From Octopus bimaculoides (lineage: Eukaryota): a DNA stretch of 39,653 nucleotides. Shown here piece by piece: positions 1-11,321 of this stretch. The stretch's first letter is position 1; each line of letters begins with the position of its first letter. Location of the stretch: NCBI RefSeq assembly GCF_001194135.2, contig NC_069005.1, positions 18,079,588-18,119,240 of the forward strand, read 5' to 3'. The notes under the pieces are model-generated. The model saw nothing but the letters and a program-made list of their open reading frames with translations. It was not told the DNA's origin and ran no database searches. The position numbers and the translations under genes are program-made.

Positions 1-92
1 GACCGATAGAATAAGTACTAGGCTTACAAGGAATAAGTCCTGGGGTTGATTTGCTAGAAGAGATGGTGCTCCAGCATGGCCACAGTCAAAAA
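1..92 (+). mobile_element. 3' fragment of tRNA-derived SINE (same family as 31862-32262)
   Basis: gaataagtactaggctt..gaataagtcct..gg.gctccagcatggcc.cagtcaaa closely matches the tail of the full SINE at about 32155-32240. Confidence 0.8.

Positions 93-93
<1 letters not shown>

Positions 94-125
<32 letters not shown>
94..125. repeat. (TA)n microsatellite
   Basis: Perfect TA run. Confidence 0.95.
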
Positions 126-128
<3 letters not shown>

Positions 129-144
129 GTAAATGTTTTCCCAA

Positions 145-480
145 ATAAAATGGCAATTCACCAGCCCCAATTTCTGGCCTCCTAATTCCCCTGATTGAAA
201 TCCCATGGATTACTACGTGTGGGGTGTTAAAATGTTGGGGTGCAACTAAGAAAGATACCAACTGCTCTGCCTGCAATACCAAGATCAATAAGGTGTTCAA
301 AGATCTTCCCAGGGACTCAGTGAGGAATGCATGTGCCAGGCTCCAAAGCCATCTTGAGGCTGTGGTGGAAGCTTATGACTGCTACTGTTATCTGCCAGCC
401 ATAATCTAGTTGATATTGTTTGATTTTTTCACAAAGTATTTTTTAATGGGATATTGTTTTCTTTTCTGTCAAATTTAGCC
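145..480 (+). pseudogene. Tc1/mariner transposase C-terminal remnant
   Basis: 166-228 reads PNFWPPNSPD*NPMDYYVWGV (WPPNSPDLNP motif); after a frameshift VRNACARLQSHLEAVVEA (typical C-terminal helix). Confidence 0.85.
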
Positions 481-490
481 CAAACACCAG

Positions 491-727
491 CGTGCATGCG
501 TGTGTGTGTATTTGTGTGAGTATGGGTTTGTGTGTGTTTCCTTGTTTTGACATCACAAGATAGTCGTAAATAAGTCTTCCTGTCAAACAAGCATGGTCAT
601 TCATTTTCAATATTCTACAAAACATGTCTGGTCATGGAGAAATATTACCTTGCTTAGAAACAATAAATTGTTTGACCCATGCAAACATGGAAAAGTGAAC
701 ATTAAAACAACAATGATGATGATGATG
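491..727 (+). mobile_element. SINE 3' half with RTE-type (GAT)n tail
   Basis: atgtctggtcatgg.gaaatattaccttgctt.gaaac...atggaaaagtg.acattaaa..(gat)n; homologous to 10497-10885 (-), 27761-28115 and 33536-33830 (-). Confidence 0.7.
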
Positions 728-983
728 TATATATATATATATATAGATATAAAGAGAGAGAGAGAGCAGTACATATACATATATCATCATCATCTATATA
801 TATACATACATGTAAATCATGACATGTTCAGGTGAATAGCATGGACCTGAACTGGGCAGATACAAGGTATATATAGGATAATGAATCTAAAGACAATACC
901 CAGTTATTTGCCCCTAACTATCTATTGTCTGCCATAAGCCTACAGGATAAGAGATAACTTGGAGCAACAAAACAACAACAAAC

Positions 984-1053
984 CTTAACTTCTTCCTTTG
1001 TAATGAAGCTGTAATTCCGATAAACTGTGTAAAAGGCTGGGATGTGTTTTTGA
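984..1053 (-). CDS. POLRMT: POLRMT exon, 70 nt, phase 2/0: (S)QKHIPAFYTVYRNYSFITKEEVK
   Basis: Acceptor ttgtatttttccag|, donor AAG|gtttgt; PAFY.VYR...EEVK normally precedes the PHP motif (next exon outside the window). Confidence 0.88.
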
Positions 1054-1480
1054 CTGGAAAAATACAAATGATATGTGAGTGTGTGTATGAGAGAGAGAAA
1101 GAGAGATAGATGGTCTGTAAACTGTTCACTGGGATCTTATCAGTTACACAACATTATGTCACCCACCAACATATTTCCATATACAATGAAAGCTGTTTAT
1201 TACAATCATAGATATTATCAATCAGTTATTATCATGATAATTAGTTGATCTCAAACTTGCTATTTGTTTAATGTTGTTGGTTGGTTATTCTTATCAAAAT
1301 CAGTTGATCTCAAAATTTTTTATTTGTTTAATGTTATTAACTAATTATTGGCCATAAAAATTAATTGGTCCTAATCTCTGGTTACTAGTTGGTTATTGTA
1401 CTAAAAAGGTTTTATCCTGGAGTGATTGCAATAAGTGGCTTCCACAGTAAATACAATAAAAACAACTAAGTGCAACATAC

Positions 1481-1557
1481 CTGTTACTTTTGTCTTTGTC
1501 TTGGTTCAGCTCAATATGTAAGTCATATAGAATTATGTCAAACAGAATCCTTCCAAC
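1481..1557 (-). CDS. POLRMT: POLRMT exon, 77 nt, phase 0/2: VGRILFDIILYDLHIELNQDKDKSN(S)
   Basis: Acceptor gtttttgtctttcag|, donor AG|gtatgt; matches the VG.FLY.I...D.KID.N consensus. Confidence 0.9.
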
Positions 1558-1845
1558 CTGAAAGACAAAAACTAACATCAAACGAAGGTAAAATTTAAAA
1601 AATGAGCTGACATAACAAAGGAGAGAAATAGTTTAACAGAAAACCAAGACATCATAGTGGTTTTCATAAAACATCTAGCATTGTTCATTACATAAGTTTG
1701 TCTGTAAAACAGTGCTATATGTATCAGTGATAAATGAATCATTTCCACACGCTTCGTAAATGGAATAAATGGTAGATTCAAAAGCAAAACTTCCACTATC
1801 ATGTATTTTCTTGATCATCACTACCTTATCTTAAAGAGAATACTT

Positions 1846-2112
1846 TCATCATCATCATCGTTTAAACGTCCGCTTTCCATGCTAGCATGGGTTGGACAAT
1901 TTGACTGAGGACGGGAGAACCAGATGGGTACACCAGGCTCCAATCTGATTTGGCAGAGTTTCTACAGCTGGATGCCCTTCCTAATGCCAACCACTCCGAG
2001 AGTGTAGTGGGTGCTTTTACGTGCCACCGGCACAAGGGCCAGTCAGGCAGTACTGGCGACGGCCACACTCAAAATGGTGTATTTTACGTGCCACCTGCAC
2101 AGGAGCCAGTCC
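1846..2112 (-). mobile_element. RTE LINE 3' UTR and (GAT)n tail
   Basis: Reverse complement matches the 3' end of the RTE copy at 31000-31457 (ggaagggcatccagctgtagaaac ... atggaaagcggacgtttaaacgatgatgatg). Confidence 0.85.
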
Positions 2113-2626
2113 AGTGCTCTTCTATCCCTAGTTTCCTCATTGACCACCAGATGAGGGNNNNNNNNNNNNNNNNNNNNNNNNNNNNNNNNNNNNNNNNNNN
2201 NNNNNNNNNNNNNNNNNNNNNNNNNNNNNNNNNNNNNNNNNNNNNNNNNNNNNNNNNNNNNNNNNNNNNNNNNNNNNNNNNNNNNNNNNNNNNNNNNNNN
2301 NNNNNNNNNNNNNNNNNNNNNNNNNNNNNNNNNNNNNNNNNNNNNNNNNNNNNNNNNNNNNNNNNNNNNNNNNNNNNNNNNNNNNNNNNNNNNNNNNNNN
2401 NNNNNNNNNNNNNNNNNNNNNNNNNNNNNNNNNNNNNNNNNNNNNNNNNNNNNNNNNNNNNNNNNNNNNNNNNNNNNNNNNNNNNNNNNNNNNNNNNNNN
2501 NNNNNNNNNNNNNNNNNNNNNNNNNNNNNNNNNNNNNNNNNNNNNNNNNNNNNNNNNNNNNNNNNNNNNNNNNNNNNNNNNNNNNNNNNNNNNNNNNNNN
2601 NNNNNNNNNNNNCTACGAAAGATTAC

Positions 2627-4135
2627 CTAATCTAACAACTTGATACCTCTGTAATTATTTGTATCTAAAGAGTCACCTTTGCCTTTGTAGCAGTTGACTA
2701 TGGTGCTGCTACACCAGTCATTGGGTATGACTCCTTCGTGTATCACCTGGTTAACAATACCGGTGACTAGGCTATAGCCAACACTGCCAGATATTTTGAG
2801 CATCTCTGCAGTGATTCCTGATGGGCCAAGGGCTTTCCCTGTCTTCATACTCTTAATTGCTTTATCGACCATGGTACTGTCAACTCGGATAGCTGGTCCC
2901 TCTGTTGGGTCAACATTCGGCAGACTCTCTTTCTCCCATTCAGTCTCTTTATTGAGTAATCTTTCGTAGTGGCGTCTTTAAACCTCTTTCTTTGCAGCCT
3001 CGTTTAGTGCAAGTGTACCATCATCCATGCGAACACATTTCTCTCCTACGACATCACGATTCTCTCTCACACACTGTCTTGCAACACGAAATACCTCAAG
3101 TCTTTCATCCTCACAGCACAGAACATTGGCAAATTTTTTCTTATCTGCNNNNNNNNNNNNNNNNNNNNNNNNNNNNNNNNNNNNNNNNNNNNNNNNNNNN
3201 NNNNNNNNNNNNNNNNNNNNNNNNNNNNNNNNNNNNNNNNNNNNNNNNNNNNNNNNNNNNNNNNNNNNNNNNNNNNNNNNNNNNNNNNNNNNNNNNNNNN
3301 NNNNNNNNNNNNNNNNNNNNNNNNNNNNNNNNNNNNNNNNNNNNNNNNNNNNNNNNNNNNNNNNNNNNNNNNNNNNNNNNNNNNNNNNNNNNNNNNNNNN
3401 NNNNNNNNNNNNNNNNNNNNNNNNNNNNNNNNNNNNNNNNNNNNNNNNNNNNNNNNNNNNNNNNNNNNNNNNNNNNNNNNNNNNNNNNNNNNNNNNNNNN
3501 NNNNNNNNNNNNNNNNNNNNNNNNNNNNNNNNNNNNNNNNNNNNNNNNNNNNNNNNNNNNNNNNNNNNNNNNNNNNNNNNNNNNNNNNNNNNNNNNNNNN
3601 NNNNNNNNNNNNNNNNNNNNNNNNNNNNNNNNNNNNNNNNNNNNNNNNNNNNNNNNNNNNNNNNNNNNNNNNNNNNNNNNNNNNNNNNNNNNNNNNNNNN
3701 NNNNNNNNNNNNNNNNNNNNNNNNNNNNNNNNNNNNNNNNNNNNNNNNNNNNNNNNNNNNNNNNNNNNNNNNNNNNNNNNNNNNNNNNNNNNNNNNNNNN
3801 NNNNNNNNNNNNNNNNNNGGTGAAGGACTAATCTAATCTTAAGTATTCTATCGCATACTCTAGCTACCTCGATTATCTTATCCACCCATTTCTCTGCAAG
3901 AAGTATACCCACGCTCCCGACCCCGTCTGTGTTCCCTGCCCAGAAAATCTTGTACCTGTGAGGAACCTCCTCTCCACCTTACTTCTTGGAGGCAGCAGAT
4001 ATCGACACATCTCCTTTCAAGCATCTCAACAATCTCACCAGACCTACCTTTCAGTGTGCCGACGTTGAGAGTGCCAATCCTGAGGGTGTGGGAGGTATGG
4101 GCCCGTGGAAACCTCTTACCTACTTGACAATTGCA
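2627..4135 (-). mobile_element. RTE-clade LINE, 5' half (APE endonuclease plus RT N-terminus), interrupted by an assembly gap
   Basis: LRIGTLNVGTLKGRSGEIVEMLERRCVDICCLQEVRW (APE N-terminus), GILLAEKWVDKIIEV, KAIKSMKTGKALGPSGITAEMLK..IPNDW..YKGKGD..NYRGIKLL (RT domains 0-1). Confidence 0.92.
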
Positions 4136-4154
4136 TTTCTAGCTCTGTCTTCAA

Positions 4155-4511
4155 GGAAGCTTTACTTCTTGGACTCACGTTTTTGTGCGCAACAATGTTG
4201 TTAAACTTCCGTTAACAGCACTGTATGCAAGTCCTTTCCATTTTCTTTCACACATGGATAAATTTTTCATTATAGACCTTAATGGTCATAAAGACACTAT
4301 ATCAGTGAATAGACTAAAAAAAACCTTCATAGAGAAGACTGTCCCTGTTCCCACTGCAGATGACACACACACAGCATTACAAACACGGCCCACACACCCA
4401 CCTTCACATTCCATGACTACCATTGGGATCAATCAAGTACCAGACAAGGATTCTGGATTATTTTTCCATGTTTTTTACTTAATTTTTGAGAATGGTCAGG
4501 TTCATTTTTAG
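4155..4511 (+). pseudogene. Gypsy/Ty3 LTR retrotransposon integrase C-terminal (GPY/F-like) fragment
   Basis: THVFVRNNVVKLPLTALYASPFHFLSHMDKFFIIDLNGHKDTISVNRLK resembles the THVFVR..L.PPY.GPF.V....TVSIDRLKP consensus. Confidence 0.75.
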
Positions 4512-4639
4512 CATTCTCATTTGTGAGTTTATTTCAGATATTCTTGTTTTAAAAATCATCTCTGGCTAATCATTGAGAGGACATTGGTGTTTCCTTGGCA
4601 GAGGTTTGTGCTCTCTGAGTGCTCTTGTTGTTATTATTG

Positions 4640-5200
4640 TCAAACTGGCAGGACCTTTACCATGTTAGACATCATTTCTTCTAGTTTTTTACATTCTGAA
4701 TTCAAATTCGATCAAAGTTGATTTTGCTTTTCATCCTTTCAGGGTTGATAACAAAGTACCAGCCAAGTACTGGGTTTGATGAAATCAACTAACCCACTCT
4801 CCAGAAGTTATTAGCCTGGTACCAAAATTAGAAACAACAATATAGCAGAATTGCTAGAGCATTAGAAAAATATTTTTGGCATTAGATCCGACCCACTACA
4901 TTCTAAATTCAAATCACATTACAGTCAACTTTGCCTTTCATCGTTTTGGGGTACTTATTTTAATAAATACCGATCAAATACTCGGGGTCAATCTAATTGA
5001 TCAATTCTCTTCCCCTCAAAATTACTAACTGTGCTAAAATTAGTGCTTATGGCAGAAAGATGGCAGAATTGTTAGAGTGCCAGACAAAATGGCTTTTGAA
5101 GTTCTGAGCTCAAACCATGCCATGGCCAATTTGCTTTTCATAATTTTTAAGGTCTATTAAATAAAGTACCAGTCAAATACTTGCCTTTCACTCTCAAAAC
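4640..5200 (+). mobile_element. Cluster of about three degenerate SINE fragments of one family
   Basis: Repeated ..aattcaaat...gtc.actttgcctttcatc...ggg...ataaa.tacc motif at about 4700, 4905 and 5125; same family inverted at 10235-10450. Confidence 0.6.
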
Positions 5201-5489
5201 TGCTGCCAATATTATTATTGTTGCTGTTATTATTTGTCATTTTATGTCTTAGTCAGAAGAGGAAATGCAGTGTCCATAACATTTTTGCAGGATTTACAAG
5301 AATGTTTCCAATAAGGGGAAAATCTTGATATTAACAAATCAAAGATCTGATCTCTATGCTAACATCAGATTGAGCTCTACTAAAGGCATATCCAAGAGAC
5401 AGGTGAATTGAATTAAGTGATGGATTAAGTTCATCACCCCAATAACAGGTAGTCCATCTGGTGAACTTTGGCATAGTCTTTGCCTACAC

Positions 5490-5814
5490 CAGAGGTTCTC
5501 AACCATTTTTTATCTATGGACCCCTTTGTTTATCATTTTATTCTGGTGGATCTCCATAGCCATTTGATGTTTAAAAGTTAATTTTATAGATACTTCTTTC
5601 AAAATTTGTATTTTGCTATTCACACACTCAGTTGTACAAGTTGAACTATGTAAAATGTTAGTCATTTCTTGCAATACATACATATAAATCAAAACTTTTC
5701 ATGGACCCTTAAAATACTACTGTGGATCGCCAATTTACTATTTTGCTAGTGTGAACCCCACAAAATTTTAAATGGACCCCCTAGGGTCATATGAACCTCT
5801 ATTAAGAACCACTG
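5490..5814. mobile_element. hAT (Charlie-like) MITE, 325 bp
   Basis: Termini CAGAGGTTCTCAAC / ATTAAGAACCACTG; degenerate 8-bp TSD gcctacac / gtcaacac. Confidence 0.75.
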
Positions 5815-7167
5815 GTCAACACAATTTCATTCACAAGGGCCTAGGAAGACCTAATAAAAATACACTGTAATAGATGATACTTGTCCAAGGTACCACACAA
5901 TGAGACTAAACTCAGATTCATGAGTTTGTGAAGCAAATTATTTAACCACAAACCTACACCTATGTGTAGATTCAGGTCATTTCTAACAAAAGAGACCCAT
6001 AGAACAAGTACAATCCACAGATTCAATATTTCAAATATATTCAGCATGCAACTATTCAAGACCATACACAGTGCACTGTAATACTTTAATTGAGTTGTGT
6101 AGCCCTTGGTTAGTCAACTCAGCTCAAGTAAAAAAAGTGGTGGTTAGTTGCAGAGAGCACAAGCATAGTCATGATTACAAACTGAAGCATCACAGTGGGC
6201 AGAATCTGGAGTGGAAGTGTGCAACAATGTTAAGTAGACCTAAAGTAAAAACATCAAGCAGACCAAGAACACACAGGTCAAGAAGAAATAGAATACACCA
6301 CACAAATTTTACAAACAAATGAAGCACACACAGAGGTAGTTAGCTAAGTGAATTAATGTAACACACATTGTCATATCTACACCTCTTTGATGAAGGAGGT
6401 GATGATAATGAGGAGGATGATCTCTTGTCTTGTGTCATGTATGTAAAAAAATTATTTTTGTAAAAATCAATTAACTTAACCTCAGTTTATTACTAGTACC
6501 ACTCTCTCCACCAACCTGATCAAAACATTTGATGTGAAATATATAAATTACTACTGCTGATGATAGTGATGATAACAGTGGAGATGATGGTGATGACACT
6601 GATAATGATAACAAAGACAAGAATCTATATATTAATACACTAAGGCCAAATACATTATGTAGCCATATAGTTAGTTGAAGGGAGAGGTGAAGAGCAAGAG
6701 TAAAAGAGGAAGAGAGTTAATGGAAGCGAAAAATGAATAGAAAGAGAGAGAGAGAGAAATGATAACAATGTGAAGAGGAGAATTACATGTTTGTTGAAGT
6801 TAGAGGTAAAGAAAAAAAAGAGAGTGAAATATGAAGTGTTCAGCAGGGGGAAATTTTAAACATCATATATCATTGTGACTGACAAAAGAATAACATTTTA
6901 ACATTCAATTTTTGATATTTTCTATCTGTCAATCTATTTAGCTATCTATCTATATTGACAATTACATCAGTGGGTGGACAATGGAAAGAAAGCATATATT
7001 AGATATAATAATAAAACGATGAAAGTAAACAAAGTTTGTTTTAGAAGCACTGAGATGTATTGAAAGATACAGAAATAATTTTTTTTTTTATTCTCAAATG
7101 CGTGATAATGCTAATAAATAACGTGATCAGGATAAATTATCCATACATTGCAGAAAAATACGTTACC

Positions 7168-7240
7168 GGCCAGTCATGAAACTCGAACTCACATCCCTGT
7201 GATTATGTGTCGAGTGCTTTACCATTAAGCTAAACTACCC
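7168..7240 (-). pseudogene. tRNA-like sequence (copy 1; loop CACATAA)
   Basis: Box A TAGCTTAATGG, box B GTTCGAG, D-stem GCTT/AAGC; anticodon stem broken; T5 terminator about 10 nt downstream. Confidence 0.7.
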
Positions 7241-7514
7241 AGTAACGAATTCTTCAGCAATTTTAGAACTTATAAATTTAGTTTCATAAGACGCTCACGT
7301 AAAATTCAACTTATGATGAAAGTAGACAAACACAATATTTATTAGCATTATCATGCGTTTGAGAATAAAAAATAATAATTTCTGTATCTTTCAATACATC
7401 TCAATGCTTCTAAAATAAACTTTGTTTGTTTACTTTCATCGTAAGTTGAATTTAACGTTAGCGTTGTATGAAGCTAAATTTATAAGTTCTAAAATTGCAG
7501 AAGAATTAGTTACT

Positions 7515-7587
7515 GGGCAGTTTAGCTTAATGGTAAAGCACTTGACGCGTAATCACAGGGATGTAAGTTCGAGTCTCATGGCTGGCC
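7515..7587 (+). pseudogene. tRNA-like sequence (copy 2; loop CGCGTAA)
   Basis: Box A TAGCTTAATGG, box B GTTCGAGTC, D-stem intact, acceptor stem partial, anticodon stem broken; TTTTT at 7597-7601. Confidence 0.7.
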
Positions 7588-7899
7588 TGTAACGTATTTT
7601 TCTGCAATGTATGGATAATTTATCCTGATCACGCTATTTATTAGCATTATCACGTGTTTGAGAATTAAAAAAAAAAAATTTCTGTAATAATAAACTTATA
7701 AATAGAAAATAGATTTTTCAATGAAAGCAAAATAACTTAGCAAAATAGTCTTGGTTGGCAAACAACTTTGACTGAGCTTTGTTACTAAAAACTGTGGTGG
7801 TGGTGGTGGTGGTGGTGGAGATGAGTGAATAGTGAAAAAGAAGTAGTAAGTGCAATTATTTATCGTCTGCTCACTTGAAAATTGATATTTGTTTTTAAA

Positions 7900-8270
7900 A
7901 TATGAATGATAATGTAAGCTAAACAAAAGAAAGAATGAGAGGGCATAGGCAACAATGTAAAGAGAAGCAGAGAAGTGAATCACTAGAAGAAGCATGAGGA
8001 CTGCAGCGTAAAAGGGAAAATATGAACAAAGAGAATATAGTGAGCATTTACAACAGACAAGAGAATGTCTGATAAAATAGAAAATGAAAATGAGAATGTC
8101 AAAAAATTTGTAAACATATGATTGAAAGTTACATCATTGGTGACATGAATATCCTCTGTAATCATTGTGAAACTCTTAGATTTATAAATGAACCTTTCAA
8201 CTCTTGAGAGAATGAGAAAGTCATGCTCCATCAATTACAACCTTATCCAGAACTGAAAGGTTTTTTAAAA
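7900..8270 (+). pseudogene. Helitron Rep/helicase N-terminal Zn-finger-like remnant
   Basis: YIIGDMNILCNHCETLRFINEPFNS*ENEKVMLHQLQPYPEL resembles G.M...C.HC.A.RF..E...CC..GKV.L..L.P; a charged helical tract lies upstream. Confidence 0.6.
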
Positions 8271-8542
8271 TTAAATTAATGCAGAATATACAATTTCAAA
8301 AGAAACACTAATTTTTATGGTTCTATATAAACTTCCAACTATCTAAATAAATTCCACAGATACTGCTAGTAATAATGATAATTATGAAAATAACAATAAA
8401 GATGAAGATGATGATGATAATGTTAACATGGATTATGACAATGAAAACAATAATGCTGAAACTTAGAGTTAAAGACAAAGAAAGGGTGTTGTAACATTCA
8501 TACTTTCCTCAAAGTCACCCTTTATTGAGGTATACTACTTAC

Positions 8543-8584
8543 TCCTTTAATTACATGAAGAGGCCATGTTTTGAGAGGAACATC
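8543..8584 (-). CDS. POLRMT: POLRMT small exon, 42 nt, phase 0/0: DVPLKTWPLHVIKG
   Basis: Acceptor ttgttcttgcag|, donor GGA|gtaagt; supplies the conserved WP..V between GPS and VG(R/K)(F/I)L. Confidence 0.85.
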
Positions 8585-10073
8585 CTGCAAGAACAAATTA
8601 ATAAATGAAAAAAATGATAAGTTATAAATAAGAGAAGATGAAAATAAAAATAGAAAACATAAATAAGTATTAATTTGATAGAGAAAATGACATGTCCACA
8701 TTGTGAACCCGTTGTAACTTGTAACTGTTGTATCCTTTACATGTTGGTAAATTAATAGACCCACTTTGGTAATCGCAGCATCACTATTAGCTCTGCCAGA
8801 CACAACTCTCAACACAGTCTAACACATACTGTCTGTACCATTATTATTAATTCCCTACATCTCCCTTTTTAAGTTTTTCTTAAGAAGTGACATTTTATTT
8901 AGCAATATTTTTTTTTATTCACCCCACCTCCCTTTTCTGAGGTTTTTTTTTTTGTACAATTTAATATTTTTGCTCTTGGCATCTATTTTCAGGAACTCTG
9001 TGTTTTCATTTCCTCTCACTTGTACATCTGGGTTCAATCACCTGCAGTGCCTCATCAATGTTTTTGGTAAAAAAAGATAAAGTTTGCTCAATGTATATCC
9101 CCATTATGCAAATTACCTACAACACTACTGGAGTAATGGAATACAAAGTGACAGAGTGCAAAGTAGCAGGATTGAGTAAATAGAAAATTGAAAGGTTGGT
9201 CTGAATAGTGGAGGTCATGCTCTCTCTTACATATGCTCATACACACTCAATTGTTTACATATAAACACAAGAGAGAAGAGAGGATGGAAAGAGATAACTC
9301 TGAAGCAATGTGGATGCAATGGCAAGGGTAACAACAGCAACAATACCAATCACAACAATAACAACAATGACAATAATAATAAGAATTTCAAGTAAAGTAC
9401 TTACAGCCACTGTCATACATCAGAGGTAAAGGGTGTTATTGCTCATTTCCTGTGACAAGTTTATAATGAAGGCTTCAAATAACCAACTCTTAAGCAGACA
9501 GACAAACCAGGTGTGTGTAAAAATTTCCATAGTCTGTAGTGAGCAACTCACAGTGTACCTGCTCCCCTCACAACTTTTCATTTGTATATGCCCACCATCA
9601 ATTGCATAGTTACCTATTCACACCCGTGCATACAATGCTAGTCCTAAACATCAATACACTCATACTCAAATTCCCTCCTTACTATTATACCATATGGTAA
9701 CTAAACTTCTTAAGTTGCTACTACTACTCTTCTATTCTGCCCATGCACATACCCACAGTAGCAAAGAAGCATATAAGTTTGAATTCACATAAACAATGGT
9801 AGAATATTCAAGTATTTTATGTAAGTTCAGTGGATCCAGTAAGTTAATTGGCCTACTGAATCTGAAGTTGTAGGAGATGCAAAATGCATTCTGCAGAAGG
9901 GTGGATATTACATATGTCTGTTATCTCAAAGTTAGAAAGTTTGATTTAAAAGAGATTTGGTTGCTACTTCTCGGAGGTCAATTGACCTCACTGACTTGAG
10001 GAACACATTTTACAATGCTATGTAAAACATAACGGAGGAAATTATGTAAAAGTATCAAAGCAAGACAATTTAC

Positions 10074-10190
10074 CAAAGATGGCCCATCACAGTGTTTCTT
10101 CATCAGGTTCAACCAAATAAGTCGATGATTGACCAATTCTGGTTGTTTTTCATTGTATTTTTCAATATACTCATTGTATAAGTGGACAGT
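10074..10190 (-). CDS. POLRMT: POLRMT exon, 117 nt, phase 0/0: TVHLYNEYIEKYNEKQPELVNHRLIWLNLMKKHCDGPSL
   Basis: Acceptor ttttttatttttactgcag|, donor TTG|gtaaat; N.R..W..L.....GPS motif. Confidence 0.9.
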
Positions 10191-10234
10191 CTGCAGTAAA
10201 AATAAAAAAAGAAATATATAAGTGTGACATACAT

Positions 10235-10450
10235 TGGTTTCAAATTTTGGCACAAAGCCAGCAAGCTCAGGGGAGGAGGTAAGTCAATTACATTGACCCA
10301 GCTTTCAACTGGTACTTATTTTATTGAGCCTAGAAGAATGAAATGCTAAGTCAACTTTGGCAGAATTTGAATGCAGAATGTAAAGAGAAACAAAATGCCA
10401 CTAAGCATTTCACCCAGCATACTAACAATTCTGTCAGCTTTCCACCTAAA
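10235..10450 (-). mobile_element. SINE (same family as the 4640-5200 cluster)
   Basis: Reverse complement contains ttctgccaaagttgacttagcatttcattc...aataaaataagtaccagttgaaagctgggtcaatgtaattgac...gtgccaaaatttgaaacc. Confidence 0.65.
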
Positions 10451-10496
10451 TGTGACATGTATTGCTTTGGCTAAACATTAACATATCTTTAGTTAT

Positions 10497-10885
10497 ATCA
10501 TCATCATTTAACATCCACTTTTCCATTCTTGCAGGACAGAGACAAGATTTGTTGATGTAGATTTTCTACAACTAGATGTCCTCCCTGTCCACATTCCTCA
10601 CCTGTTTCCAAGCAAGGTAATATTTCCATGACCAGACATGTTTTTTATGAAAGCCTAGAAGCAAACAACATCACTTGTATGACAATGATGCTCATTTACA
10701 ACCACTATCTGGACAAAAGTTTCACACAAGCATGCATACATATATATACATGTGACAGGCTTCTTTCAGTTTCCATCTACCAAATCCACTCACAAGATTT
10801 TGGTCAGCCAAGGTGTTGTGCAGTGGGACAAATCTCAAGACGATATAATTGAGAATCAAGCTTCTTAATCACACAACCACACCTG
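10497..10885 (-). mobile_element. Near full-length tRNA-head/CORE SINE with RTE-type (GAT)n tail
   Basis: Head caggtgtggttgtgtgattaagaagctt, central ggatttggtagatggaaactgaaagaagcc, tail gtggatgttaaatgatgatgat. Confidence 0.75.
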
Positions 10886-10912
10886 TTATAATTTGTTGAA
10901 CAGAAAAAAGGT

Positions 10913-10975
10913 AAAGAAGACATGGGCACAGGAGTAGTGAGGGATGATCTCAGGATGCTGAGCCCTACAGAGGGA
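10913..10975 (+). mobile_element. Short RTE ORF 3'-end fragment
   Basis: aagaagacatggg..gagtagtgagggatgatctcaggatgctgagccctacagagg aligns with 30763-30820 of the RTE copy. Confidence 0.55.
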
Positions 10976-11113
10976 GTGCTGAAGCAGCTTCATGCAGCAT
11001 GGAAAATTTGAATGTATCACTAATACTGGAGATGGAACAGAAAAAAAAAAAAGAAAAGAAAAAAGCATAAAAAGTAAGAAAATGAAAAATATGTGGAAAT
11101 AAATAGGTTTTAC

Positions 11114-11245
11114 CTTTTTGGAAACTAAAGAGTTGATTTTATCTTCAATAAGAAAGCGATAGTAAACTTTGTTGCCCATACGTAACCAGAGGAAATTGAG
11201 GCTAGGGCTGAATGCTTCTGAATCACTAGCCAAACGCTGAGCTTC
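11114..11245 (-). CDS. POLRMT: POLRMT exon, 132 nt, phase 0/0: EAQRLASDSEAFSPSLNFLWLRMGNKVYYRFLIEDKINSLVSKK
   Basis: Acceptor tttatttctgcag|, donor AAG|gtaaaa; only frame 0 is open; resembles the invertebrate POLRMT E.R.LA.GSE.FSP....L...LG.KV motif. Confidence 0.9.
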
Positions 11246-11321
11246 CTGCAGAAATAAACATCACATTATATGGAAATATATATATATATACTATGGTTAT
11301 GACTTTTTCACAACCTAATAA

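Larger units (their letters stand above)
7017..7686. repeat. Inverted plus tandem array of a 299-bp tRNA-containing unit
   Basis: 7068-7332 is the reverse complement of 7423-7686; direct repeat at 7337 and 7636 (period 299); 7017-7119 is also inverse to 7337-7441. Confidence 0.93.

Noticed and set aside
1240-1345. ~58-bp local tandem duplication (agttgatctcaaa..tatttgtttaatgtt)
   Set aside because: Ordinary AT-rich intronic slippage duplication.
2613-2626. ctacgaaagattac at the gap edge, an inverted copy of about 2963-2976
   Set aside because: A short inversion at a contig end is most likely a read chimera or assembly artefact.
7168-7587. Calling the two tRNA-like cassettes functional tRNA genes
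   Set aside because: The anticodon stems are unpaired, U33 is absent and the acceptor stems are mismatched.
9400-9540. Possible minus-strand exon ending at a gtaagt donor
   Set aside because: All frames from the candidate acceptors contain stops, and the POLRMT frame does not need it.
10886-11113. ORF extension beyond the POLRMT exon, and a possible acceptor at 11026
   Set aside because: This is intronic read-through. The acceptor gives an immediate stop in phase 0, and the adjacent sequence is an RTE fragment.
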